A stretch of 64,000 bases of DNA from the human T2T-CHM13v2.0 reference genome, Homo sapiens. Shown piece by piece: positions 20,018 through 33,272 of this stretch (position 1 is its first letter; each line of letters starts with the position of its first letter). The position numbers were made by a program, and so were the translations under genes. The stretch is from assembly GCF_009914755.1 (NCBI RefSeq), contig NC_060930.1; one strand, given 5' to 3'. A model generated the notes under the pieces. The model searched no databases. It had not been told where the DNA came from and worked only from the letters and a program-made list of their open reading frames with translations.

Positions 20018-21827
20018 TCCTAAAGGAAACCCAATGAGCTATGTAACCAGAGAAAATCACATATAATGTCACTTTTTATTTTATTAACCAATTTTCATTT
20101 TTGACAGGCCTGAGTCTCAGATTCTTCACTACTGAGGGTTTTCAAGATGCTACTTTCTCTGAGACAGGCAGACAGAGGGCAAGAATGTGGGATTTTCTTT
20201 GGTGGGATAGGACTGGAGAAGTGAAAAGGCCTAAAAATACTGAAATTGACATAACTCTTGAATTAAAAGCTATGCTCAGTTTAATTCATTGCCTCAAACA
20301 TTTATGGGACATCTACAAAGTGCAAGTGATTTGTTACGTGAAGGTTAATAGAGCCCAAAATTCCAGCCTCTAAGGTGCTTATATCCAAGTGCAGTATTTC
20401 TCAAGACGTGGTCCAGAAACCATCACGTCAGCATCACCTGATTCTGCCTGTTAAAAATGCATATTCTTAAGTCTTAGCTAAGCCTATTGAATTCAACTTC
20501 TGGAGATGGTTACTCAGGAGTCTGAGTGTTAAATGGTCATTCTTATGCCACTAAAATATGATTCCCTCTTTCAGAGGGCAAGAGTGAGACATGAAACAGT
20601 GGATATTGTGTAAGTACTCTGCTGGAGGCATGGGAGCATTCACAGTATGCCATGAAAGACCTTTTTGAGCAGCAGGTTTCTAAACGAATTTATAATGACG
20701 AGCAGGAATTAGTCACCAAAGAAGGCTGGGAGGAGAGTAGCAAGCAGAGGCTCAGAATGAGTGAGATATCTGGGCACAAGTCCTTATGGCATATATGAGG
20801 ACCTATGAGAAGTGCACTGTTACTAGGGCATAAGTGTAATATGAGGCTATAAAAACCTTAGATGAAATGCTTTAATCTTTAGAGTAGGGGTTTTCTTAGG
20901 GTGAAGGGGACATTGGTGGAAGAAATAGGGGAGGCATGTGTAGTTTGAAGACAGTTTCCAGATGACACTGATATTCTGCTCAAGAGCCACTGCTACCAGC
21001 AGCATTTTAAGCAAGGAGTATTATAGCCAGGACTGTGTTTAGGAATTTTTCTGCCTGACAGGTGAGAGGAAAATGGCTTTGAGAGGGGCTAGCCCAGCAC
21101 AAGGGAGTTGATCATTCTCTAAACTAAAGTGATGGTAAGAGAGATTAAAAAGGAGGGAAATAAAGCAGTGAACTTAGCAGGGCTTTGAACTTGACTGAAT
21201 GTCGGTGAGGGGAGAGTTTAGGGCGACTCCAAGTTCCTGGCTTGACTACAACTGAAAGGGTGGTAATGCCATTCACTGAGAGAGAACGTCAACAACCAAG
21301 CCTGTTCTAATTTCAAAACTTTGCTTGGCATGTTCTTTTGAATGAGTCATTACATGCAAAACCTGTTGACAGTCTTCAAAAGGAACCAATGAAGACATAA
21401 CATGGCACAAGATTGTACACCACTATGGAGGAACTGCATCAAGTTTTTATTAATAAAATCTGTTCCCATCTTATATTTTCAAAGAGACCTACTTATGACA
21501 AAATGTTTTGTGGCTTTTCATCAATATTATCATCATGAAAATTTTGATATTTACACACTGAAAGGTACCTTTAAGTGCAATAGAGTGAGGTTTTTTTCAG
21601 AGTTTTAAATATTAGTAACACCAACTTTATATACATGTACGTCAAATCATTGAGAAAAACATGTAACAGTGTGAAGGTAAAAGGTATCTTCTTTTAAAAA
21701 GTATTTTGCATAGATATTGTTCTTTAAATGTTCCATGAGGATATCCTTAACTACCAGTTATTTAGAAGAAAGAAAGAAGCAGCAAAAGAGTTTTCAAAGA
21801 AAAAAAAGTATATGCAATCTAAAAGCC

Positions 21828-21960
21828 AGCTAAGGTGCTATGCACACCCTCTAAGTCCCAGCTGCTTGGGAGGCTGAGGCAGGAGGATCACTTGAGCCCA
21901 GGAATTCAAAACCAGCTTGGGCAACATAGCAACATCTCATCTCAAAAAAAAAGAGAAAAA
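21828..21960 (+). mobile_element. FLAM-like Alu monomer
   Basis: Single left arm with A tail. Confidence 0.75.
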
Positions 21961-23616
21961 GTTATCAAAACTCCATGTAACCTAGATTAAAACATAATTA
22001 GAAATTTTATACATATATCAAAATGTCATATTGTTCCCCATAAATATATACACTTATAATTTATCAATTATTGATAAAGAAATAAGAGCTTTTATATCAC
22101 GATTTTGGTGTACCTGACATTTTTCAAACAAATTCCGCCTTTTGGGGCCAAAGTGCTCTCTGTCAAGCTCCATACTAAAGGATCAAATGAGCCTCCCCAA
22201 GCTCCCAGCAGAACTAGCACTTTGGAACTTTGTCAAAATTTTAAGACAAAGGATTATAAACACTTTGATATAGTTTCCTTAGAGGCTGAATGTTTTGCTT
22301 AACACAAATATTTAAACCAAATTAAGATAACTCAAGAACTGATATGTTTCATAAACTGATTGTTTTTATTTTTCTCAGAACCGTTACCTTAACTGAAGAG
22401 TAAATTGGAATAAGCAATTTCTATAGATGTCAAAACTTTGTAAAATTGATTTTTTACATCATCCACAAACTTTGTATTTCTAGCAACAAATGTAAAAGAA
22501 AGAGTAGAGTTATGGTACACTTCATCCTAACAGGGTTCACATTTAAAATCATGTAGTCCACTTCTGTGAAGGGCCCAAGAAAAATAACTCCCTTAAATCC
22601 GTTCCTTTCTTCTTGTTCTGTTCGAGTTAAAAACTTTATTTTCTTAGACTTTGGTTAAAAAAAAAAAAAAAAAAAAAACAAGGAAAGACATAGTGGTGAT
22701 TAAAAAACATGCCATTTCTTACCAAATGGTTTTCACAAAGCCTAAAAAAACCTACAGTTGCTGGAATTAAGCACTCATTCACTTATTGATTTTATGACTA
22801 ATTTTAAAATGGATGGCCCATTGAGGTAAATTCAATATTATATAAAGATGTAGTAAAGTCAACAATCAGATAAATATACAATGATAAAGTAGGAGAGACA
22901 GAAATAAGATTCAGAAAAATAATATGTGAAACATCATGCTTTAAAAGAAAAACAGTTCCAAAGTCATATTGCCAAACAGACAGAAATCTATCCAAATCAT
23001 AGAAATAAAGCACTACAAGTAAGCTTAAAATTATGATTTTGCTATCATTTGTAAGGTTATCAACCTTTATCTGAGGACAGAATTGAATCCCTTTGAAGGA
23101 CTCACAATACAGGAAGAATTACAAGAACATAAAGGCATAGGAGTTAAAAGTTGAAGGCTGCCAGAGAGTAGCGGAAAGAACTTTGGATTTGGAACAAAAA
23201 AACCTTCATTTAAACAGTCCCAGCTCTGGTAAATGTTATCTGTGTGACCTTGTGCAAATTACTTCACCTGTTTCAATTTCAGTTACTTGACCTGGAATTG
23301 AGGAAAATAATACCTGCGGGGGAGACATAGGCAGAAAGGCATGAACTGCTGTGAGGATTAAATGATATAATATATGGCACAGCCTGTTGTAATCTCTAAA
23401 GCCAAATATAACGTGCTAATAAGTATATTAAATAAAAAATAAATAAAACAGCTCCAACTAGTTCTCATCAGTTGTCATCAGCACAACAAAGATTTATGTA
23501 CGTACTTATGTTCAAGACCCCGTTCTAGGAACTGAGTAGGTAGAAAGGTAAAAGATACTGTCTCTCCTCTCTGACCTATAATGAAGGCTCCAGATGAAAT
23601 AAGACACATTTATAAA

Positions 23617-23662
23617 TAGATAGATAGATGATGCTTAGATAGATAGATAGGTAATAGATGAC

Positions 23663-23695
<33 letters not shown>

Positions 23696-23738
23696 CATAG
23701 ATAGATACATAGATAGATACATAGATAGATAGATGATA
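23617..23738. repeat. Compound (AGAT)n/(AGATACAT) tetranucleotide microsatellite
   Basis: Direct reading of tagatagatag... with interruptions. Confidence 0.95.
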
Positions 23739-24970
23739 GCAAAGAAAGGTAACATAGGCCATACACTCAACAAGAGTCAGGGAAGGTAGGTATTAACACA
23801 ACTCACAGGTGGGAGAAATGACTGTGGATTAGCAAGGTCCAAGAAGGCTTCAGAAGGAAGATTTGGACTTCAGCAGGGCCTGAAGAATGGGTAGCACTTA
23901 CATAAGCAGAGAGGAGAAAGGAAGGCATTGCAGGCAGGAGGCATGCTTGTAACCAAAGGCCTGAGATTGCCAATGGTTTTTTGGGGGAGGAAACAGAGTG
24001 AACAGAGTATGATAAGAGATAAGGCTGAAAGGTAGGTTGTGTTCTAAGGCAAAATGGCATGCAGTCAGTGTGCCCGTCAAGCCCTGCAGGTTGTCTATAG
24101 CCAGGCCCACTCTGATTGGCCAATACATGAGCCACTTCAGGTATTAAATACTATCACCCCTGGGGGTAAGGTTGTCTGGGCACAGAGGCCAGAGCAAGCT
24201 CAGTATAGGGAATGCCAAGTTAAGGAGTTCAGATCTCTATCTTGTCAACATTAGGGAGCCAGTTAAGGGTATTTAAACAGATGACTAACATGCTAAAAGT
24301 GAGTATAATGAGATTATTGAGCAGTGGGATGCAGAATGCATGGGGGAAAAGTGGCCACAGGGTGGAAAATTAATTAGGGGGCTGTTATGGTAGTTCAGGG
24401 TGAAGTAATAATAGCCTAGAAGAAGGTGGTGACAATAGAAAGAGAAAACAGGCCCTGAATGTGCAGGAATCATCTAGTAAAAGTTCCACTTCTTTCTTTC
24501 TGCAGGCCCAAGCCTTGCACAGTGCCCAACACTAAGTAAACACATGTGTTTATCAACTATAAGGAACTATGGAAACATTGTCAGGGATACAAAGGTAAAT
24601 TGAGAGACCTGAGTATTTAAGAAAGAAACAGAATATTAAAGACTGGAAACATTTTTAAAGATCTCTACTGCAGCCTCCATGGATTGAAGGTTTGAAATAT
24701 GAGGCTCAGAGAAACTGTGTGCTGCTCATACATTTGATGAACCTGCCTTAAACACCCTGTTATTTGTTATTCCAATAAGCCCCTAAATGTTATTAATCTT
24801 TTGTTGTTGTTGTTTCTATTAGCATTTCTACTAATAAAAGCTTACTGTTTTGTTGACTAACTTTGAAAGCTGCTATTTTACATTTATAACATATGTGGGA
24901 AAGTATAGAGAAGGAGGGGAATTGACTAAGAACAGTTGTGAGAAGAGATAAGAGAGAAATTACATCTGTA

Positions 24971-25328
<358 letters not shown>

Positions 25329-25548
25329 TTAAAAAGATAGGACTGTCACTTGGAGAAAAGTTAACGATTCCATAAAACAGATATTCTAAAGCAGAAAGAG
25401 GTAAGACCTTCATCCTCTACAGCAATGTTTTTCAAACTGCGATTCACTACCTATAAACAGAGCACGAAAACAACTTTGGGATCCTGACCAGAATGAAGAG
25501 AAGAGAAGAGAAGAGGTCTCAGATTGCATGCTTGGTAGTAAGGGGTAA

Positions 25549-26159
<611 letters not shown>

Positions 26160-28254
26160 TCAAAATCAGTTGAAAAAATACAGAATTTTATTAAAAGAAG
26201 AAAACATTTGTGTGTGTGTGTATATATATATATAACTTTCTTTATTCCCCAACAGGTCTCTCCACCCAGCCTCTACCTCTCAGTCTCAGCCCTGTCTTTT
26301 AACCTCTTAAATATTATCCAAAGACTTTCCCTTGGTCAGATCTCTACATTAGCAACTCTATGAAATAGCACAGTTGTTGCCTTCATGTAAATAAACTCTT
26401 AAATAAAGCATTTATTTGATGTGCTACTGGTGAATGTTTAACAATCAGTTTTCCAATAAGAAAAAGCCCTTATTTGTAGCACTTGCCATTTCCTGTGGTG
26501 TAAATACTCCAACTAGAGCCAATTTCAAGTTACTAACATTACATCACTACATATGAAATTGGAAAGAGATGCACAACAGCACATATTACATTGTGTGATA
26601 GACATAAATAACCTCAAGTATGTAGATAATAGGAAAATGTCATAAAATAGGAAGTGATGAGTTTTGAATATTTATTGTCTTTTAAAATAAAATATATTTA
26701 ACTGTAAGTTTATATAATTTACTTTTTAATAATGGCTGTGTCTAACAATTAACTCACAAAATTTAGCTCCCGTGTATTCCTGACCCAGCTTGACTTCGCC
26801 AGCAGGCTCTGATCCCACACTCTCTACCACCTGCTGAACAACTCTACCCGGATGTCTTCCATAAGAAACCACAAATTTAACATACCGAAATCTAAACATG
26901 CTTTCCTCTTTGAATCTCCCAGTGCATACTTCTCTTCGCCTCTTGACTTCCCTATTTCTATTAATGGTGCCTCTAATATCCTTAGCAACCCAATCAGTTG
27001 CTAAGTCTTGAAGGCTCTGCCTATGTTCTTCTGATCTGCCTCCTCCTTTTCATTCCACTTACGGTTACTGTCCTACCCCAGACAATTACCTAGCCTCTTC
27101 CCCTTGTCTCTTCTCACTCCAATCTATCTGACAATACTGATAGATTAATCTTCCACACACACAGCTCTGATAATATAGCTTTGCTATTCAACGCACATAC
27201 ATGAATCCGGCCTTCAAAGCTCTCCTTGCTTCAGGCAATCTGGCTAGCTCCTTCTTTCCTGTGCTGGGAACATGCCTTGTGGATTCTGATTGTGTGATTT
27301 TGCTCTCACTTTTGACTTTCTCTGGACTGTCCTTCCCTCTTTATGGAAAGACTCATAACTTTTATACAAGACAGCTCAAACAACAATAAAAATATGTGGG
27401 TTGGTTGTCATAGGAATATGTAAGTTGATGAGAATCTGGAGAGCAGAAACAAACAAGAAGTGCCAAATCCAGGAATCATTTTAAAATAAAAATTTATTTG
27501 GTCACTATCTGTTATGGAGGTTCTATGAAACATACTACACTGTTATGGAGGTTCTATGAAACATGCTACACTGAGGTAGCACTTAGTCCACTGTCATTAC
27601 TAAAAGATTTTCTGGGGGAGTCAACATGAGATTTATCTCAAAACTATGGATTTCAATTATACATGCCACAGCTTTTCTTCATTAACTGAAATAATTAAGA
27701 ATTGTCTGCATTTTAACCATTTACTGTAACTATTTCCCTCTTAATGCCCTGAGCCAAACTGGGTTGAGTGGGTGAGGAAAGGTGGGTGGTAGAGACATGG
27801 AGCCCCTAATCTGGTCTGTTTTCACCATTGATGAGCCTGATTCATCTTTGGGATGTGGATCACGAGGATTAAAGATCCACCACGTGCCCAGGATTTCCCA
27901 GCAATTAGAAGCAAAGAAACTAGAATTTGTATCTTTTATATATATTTTGTCCTTCAGCCCTTCTCCAGTGCTTAGAGTAAAATAAAATCCCTTAAGTGCT
28001 TGCTTTTTTCAGCAGGAGAATCCTAATGATGAGCAGCATGTGATCAAGCGATTCCTTTTCCTTCAAGCTGAGGTTGAAGTTCAGTAGCGAAGGAAGAAGG
28101 AACAGGCAGCTACAGCCCTCTGGTCAGCAGCACCAACTTTCTCACGGAGTTAAATTAGTTTGGGTTATGGAGAGCCTGAATCTTTAGCCCAGGAGAGGTG
28201 AAAGTGAATGAGGGAGAGGAAGGCGGTGAGAGACAAATGGCAAAGGTAAAAGTG

Positions 28255-28569
28255 GGCTGGGTGCAGTGGCTCACAACTGTAATCCCAGCACTTTGGGAGG
28301 CTGAGGCAGGAGGATCAAGCGCTTGAGCCTAGGAGTTTGAGACCAGCTTGGGCAATATGGTGAGACCTCTTCTCAACAAAATATTTAAAAATTAACTGGG
28401 CATGGAGGTGCATGCCTGTAGTTCTAGCTACTTGGGAGGCTGAGATGGAAAAATCACTTAAGCCTGGGAGGTGGAGACTACAATGAACTGTGATGGTGCC
28501 ACTGGACTCCAGCCTGAGCAATAGAGGGAGACCCTGTCTCAAAAATATACATATTTTTTTATTTTTAAA
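28255..28569 (+). mobile_element. Alu (AluJ-like)
   Basis: TSD AAAGGTAAAAGTG at 28242-28254 and 28570-28582. Confidence 0.9.
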
Positions 28570-28776
28570 AAAGGTAAAAGTGTATCAAAGCAGTCTGCCT
28601 TCACTCTGATACTGAGATTATCAACCAGTGCTCTGCAGACCTTCCATGAAAACTACTGTTAAAGATGCAGATTGTTAGGCCTCATCTCAAACCTACTGAA
28701 TCATGGTCTCTAGGGGGACAGCCTGGGACTGTGCATCTTTCATGGGTACACCCAGCAATTCTGATACACTCGAAAG

Positions 28777-28984
28777 CAAGTTTGTCTAACCTGTGACCCG
28801 CAGGCTGCATATAGCCAAGGACAGCTTTGAATGCAGCCCAACGCAAATTTGTGAACTTTCTTAAAACATTATGAGTTTTTTTGTGGTATTTCTTTAAGCT
28901 CATCAGCTATCGTTAGTGTTAGTATATTTCATGTGTGGCCCTTCTTCCAATGTGGCCCAGGGAAGCCAAAAGATTGGACACTTG
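28777..28984 (-). mobile_element. MER30 DNA transposon nested in a MER5-like element, followed by a MER58-like element (~29030-29210)
   Basis: cttcttccaatgtggcccagggaagccaaaagattggaca matches the MER30 terminus; MER5-like sequence flanks both sides. Confidence 0.7.
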
Positions 28985-30643
28985 GGCTCTAAAGATTGAG
29001 GATCACTGCTCTAGTGTTGGCCAACTACTCTAGTGTTGGCCTGCAGACTCAATACAGCCTTTGAGCTAAAAACGGTTTTTACATTTTTAAAGGGTTGTAA
29101 AAAAAGACAAAAAGAAAGACAGACAAGGAAAGACACAGAAGAATATACAACATAGCCTACAAAGCATTTACTATCTGGTCTTTTACAAAAGAGTTTTCTG
29201 ACCCCTTTCTAGTGCACTGCAAATGAAAGGCTGTACCCAAATTTAGCTCCAGTGCAGCCCTGCCACAGCTGAAATAACTGATGTAGCAAGCAGATCTTAA
29301 AAAAAAAAGTGATGAAATGTGTAAAGTTGTCATCTAAAAATACTTTTGTAATAATTATAAATGGAGAGAGAAAATGTATAAATACAAACATTCTGTAATG
29401 AGTTTAAAAATATAGTTTCATCCATACAAGAATTTTGATAACTCCATTTGATTCTGTTTTTCCATAAGCTTATCAGATAGCAATATATCCAACATTAGCC
29501 TAATAAAATTACTGCATGTGAATTCTTTATTGGACTATGCATATTCCCAAACATATTATTGTCATACAACTGAGGGAAAAATGTAAAACTATATCTGGGA
29601 AATGAAAAATTATAAATTCTCAAAATGATACATAGGAAAATGATTTACAAAGAAAAAAAGGAAAACTGAACTTAGTATCTTTCTACTTTAAAGGGGTTCA
29701 AGAACTTAGGAGTAGTTACACACCTCCTAAAATCTTGAAAAAGAGGCTATGAACTCACTTCACAAAGGGTTCAGATACTCACATTGTGTCCAAGAGACTC
29801 AGCAATTGGGAATCTTGCCAGTTAGATTCATAAAGCAATCCGAAAGCCAGAATGCAATTTCTTTAGGGGTGGTTTCTAGATGTTTATTCTAGATATTTTT
29901 AAAAGATTTTGTTTATTTTTGATGTGAAGAAAGAAAATTATTATAGAATCTAGAAATAAATATTGGCTTTAAAAGTATTAATTTGCCTTGTCCTTTGTAA
30001 TTGTGATCCGAAATATCTCACAATAATTTTGTTTCAGTGTTATTTTCTTCTCAGGAGGAAAGGAATGTTAAAACCTTACTAGCAACTAACACTTGATAAA
30101 GATTTAAACTATATAACAATTTTAAAGAAAGTCTAAAACACCAGATAGTCTTGAAACCTCGCATGCTTCACCGTTTAATAAAATTATGACTCATTTTAGT
30201 AAGAACATGCTTTTTTAGTAAGAAAAAATGCTTTCTGAGCTAAGTTTGAACTGCTGGGGCACATGGGACACCCACAAACCCAGTCAGCAGAAGTCTCAAA
30301 CTCCTAAAAGATTAAAGGAAAAATACATTAGTGTGTACAGAGAATGAAAAAAAAATCCCCAATGGTTCTAATCTATAAACGGAAGTAAAACTAAAACTCC
30401 CCTAAAATCCCCCCAGTCATCAATCCTTATAAATTCAGCACTTATCTTCTTCCTTTACTTCTGGAGACCCTCATTAAACAACACGAAAGCCTTTGCTGAC
30501 TTTTATCTCGTAAAATAGAGCCCTCAAATGACACTAAGCAGGGATACCGACCTCCAAAATCACAAACTGTTTTACTTCTAAAACCATGCATGCAAACGTG
30601 GGGTTTCCTGAGTTCTGCTAGGGGCGGGCTGTCTGGACCCCCG

Positions 30644-30682
<39 letters not shown>

Positions 30683-31571
30683 AGGTGTGCAATCCAGGGT
30701 GCGCGCTCTGTGCAGGGAGGGGAGCAGAGGTGTGCGGTGGGCACCGCCTGGGCCGGGCGGGGCGGGGTGGGTGGGGCCCGGGTGTGTGCTGGGGTGAGAG
30801 TGAAGGACATGTGACAATACGACGGTGGCGGCTGCAGGATCCGGGAGGGGAGTGAAAGCTCCGCTGGGGCGCTCCATTAGTGAGCGGTGATGGTTGCCGC
30901 CCACTTGTATTGAAGCGTCCTTTGTCACTAACAAGTTAAATTAGAGATGTTATTTATTTAAGAAGAAGGAAAAAAAACCCTAGCCAAACAGCCTATGAAT
31001 ACATATGCTCACATCCCCTACTCCTCCAACTCCTAATTTCCCCGTCTCCAGAGGGCACAGTTGTAAACCTTGACGAAAATCCAATCTTCTGTGCGGGAAT
31101 TTCCCCCCACCGCTTGCCGCCCCCGCGACAGTGAGTGGGAGCTGGAGGAGCTCTGGTCCCGCTGCCCGGGAGCACGCGGAGCCGGGCGACCGCGGTGCGG
31201 CAGCCAGGGAGGAGGGGAGGCGGCGGGACTGGGCGCGGGTCGGCGCCGCCGCGACCCGGGAGCGGGGTTTGCTCAGGAAAAGGCGCCGTCGCGGCCCCCG
31301 GCCACCCCTCCCTGGCCCCGGGCTCCCTGCCCGCGCGCCTCCCGGGCCTCGCGGCGCGCTAGGCGCACCGCGGCGGCGCGAGCGCCGAATGGGAGCGGCG
31401 ACCCGGCCAGCCCGGCAGCCCCGCGGGCGGCAGCCAGGGCGACCGCGGAGGCGGCGGGCAGGGCGCGTGCGCACTGCAGGGGCGCCAGATTTGGCGGGAG
31501 GGGGAGTGTCCAAAGCTCTTTGTTTGATGGCATCTCTGTTTACAGAGTTTACACTTTAATATCAACCTGTT

Positions 31572-31615
31572 TCCTCCTCCTCCTTCTCCTCCTCCTCCGT
31601 GACCTCCTCCTCCTC
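31572..31615 (-). promoter_or_regulatory. MYB: Three GGA-repeat blocks: the known MYB promoter G-quadruplex (tetrad:heptad) element, MAZ-type site
   Basis: Plus strand reads (TCC)4 TTC (TCC)4 GTGA CC(TCC)3TC just downstream of the TSS. Confidence 0.88.
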
Positions 31616-31756
31616 TTTCTCCTGAGAAACTTCGCCCCAGCGGTGCGGAGCGCCGCTGCGCAGCCGGGGAGGGACGCAGGCAGGCGGCGGGCAGCGGGAG
31701 GCGGCAGCCCGGTGCGGTCCCCGCGGCTCTCGGCGGAGCCCCGCGCCCGCCGCGCC

Positions 31757-31779
31757 ATGGCCCGAAGACCCCGGCACAG
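31757..31779 (+). CDS. MYB: MYB exon 1 coding part (MARRPRH)
   Basis: Kozak gcgccATGG; donor AG|gtaacg. Confidence 0.97.
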
Positions 31780-33187
31780 GTAACGGGGAGCCGGGCGGGC
31801 GGCCGAGGGCGGGGGCGCGCGGGGGCGCGCGGGGCGCCAGGCTCCCGGGAGCAGGTGGGAATTCGTTCCGGGATCATCTGAGGGGCTGTCAGACCCTCCG
31901 AGGACCTGGAGCCCCTGCCTCGGCAGCAGAAGCCGCTCCAGAGACTGATGAATGGAAGAGTCTTTGCGGGAAATGTATCCGGACGTTGGGAAGCACGCCC
32001 TGCGGCTCATTTTGCAAGTTGCATGGGGATACATTTTTCTTTAGGGGGAAAAAGAAAGCACGTTCCAGCCGAGGGCAGAGCGGTGCCCACCAGCCCCGGG
32101 GAGCCCACCAGGTGCCTGGCTTGATGCCGCGGGTGTCGGCGAGGGATCCGCAGCGTAATTGCTGGATGCATTGAGATATGTTTGGACTTGGAAGTGCAGA
32201 GCATATGGCAGATACAGGGAAAATGCTGGATTGTTTAGTAGCTGCAGGTAGTTCATTTAAATTTCATTCATTCTTTATGGAGGCGAGGACCAGTGTCAGC
32301 TGACAGGCGGCTGAAAAGCAGATTTTAGGGGGATAAAGGGGTCTCTACTTTTGCAAATTGTCTTAAGACCTGGTTTTGGAGGTTCGAATCATTTTTCTCT
32401 GAAAGGCTTTTACTTCCACTGCAAACATTGCACGCGCACCCACACGCGCCGCCGTCGCACATGTCACTGCACTTAGGGAGGCTCGCCGGGAAGATGGGTG
32501 CAGTCCCTTCACATTTTTGGCCGGACAGATGGGAAGAGGGAGAGGAGGAGGAGGAGGGAAATCCTCGTCCGAACTGTCAGTTGCTCGTTCCCCAGTCTCC
32601 ACCGGCCTCTGGACTTTCCCAGCAGCACACGCCGGGGCTCCCTGCGAGCGGCGGGTGCCAGGGCTAGCTCGGCAGCCGTCGCAGTCGCCACTCGGCTCAA
32701 GGGGACAGAGGCCGGCAGCACCCAAGGCCGCTGCCGCGCAACCGGGACGCGATCCCCGCGGGCTCTGCCCCCAGGCGAAAGGTCCCTGCGCGGCGCGCAC
32801 ACGTGGATGCGGCTGAGGTCGCCGCGCCTTCTCGCACCCTCCTTCAGCCGCCTTAGGTCGCCCCGGCCGAGGCGCGGTGACCGGACAGACCCTCGCGAAG
32901 GAGTTCTAAGGCGAAGTCCATGGAGGCAAAGCAAATCCATTCGCCTTTCCTTAGATTGTTTGATTTTCTCCTACTGGTTTGTTGTTGAGCCTGCGGGCGC
33001 TGGTCCCCGCGCGGCGCTGGGAAGTTGCAAAGAGCGTGGGTGGAGACCCTGCAGCAGCACCCGCGGGCTGGGCTGGGCGGGGAGCAGCGCCGGGGCTTGG
33101 TTGGGCTCTGGGGACGAGAGGGCGACTTGGGGGAGCTCCGGGCTCCCTATGCCTACTCCGGAGCCTGGCCGCGCAGGACGGTGTGCT

Positions 33188-33272
33188 GCCCCTCGAGGGC
33201 TCCACTTTTCGCCTTTAGGACTTCACAGGACAGCTACCGGGGTCATCTGTTTTTTTTTTTTTTTTTTTTTTT
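33188..33272 (+). terminator. MYB: Intron 1 stem-loop plus poly(dT) transcription attenuator (SL-dT)
   Basis: T23 at 33250-33272, ~1.7 kb after the TSS, matching the established position. It is preceded by GC-rich self-complementary sequence (GCCCC 33188 / GGGGT 33239; palindrome CCCTCGAGGG at 33190-33199). Confidence 0.85.

Noticed and set aside
31471-31488. CTCF-like sequence in the proximal promoter
   Set aside because: It has four G where the core needs AGGGGGC, so the fit is poor.
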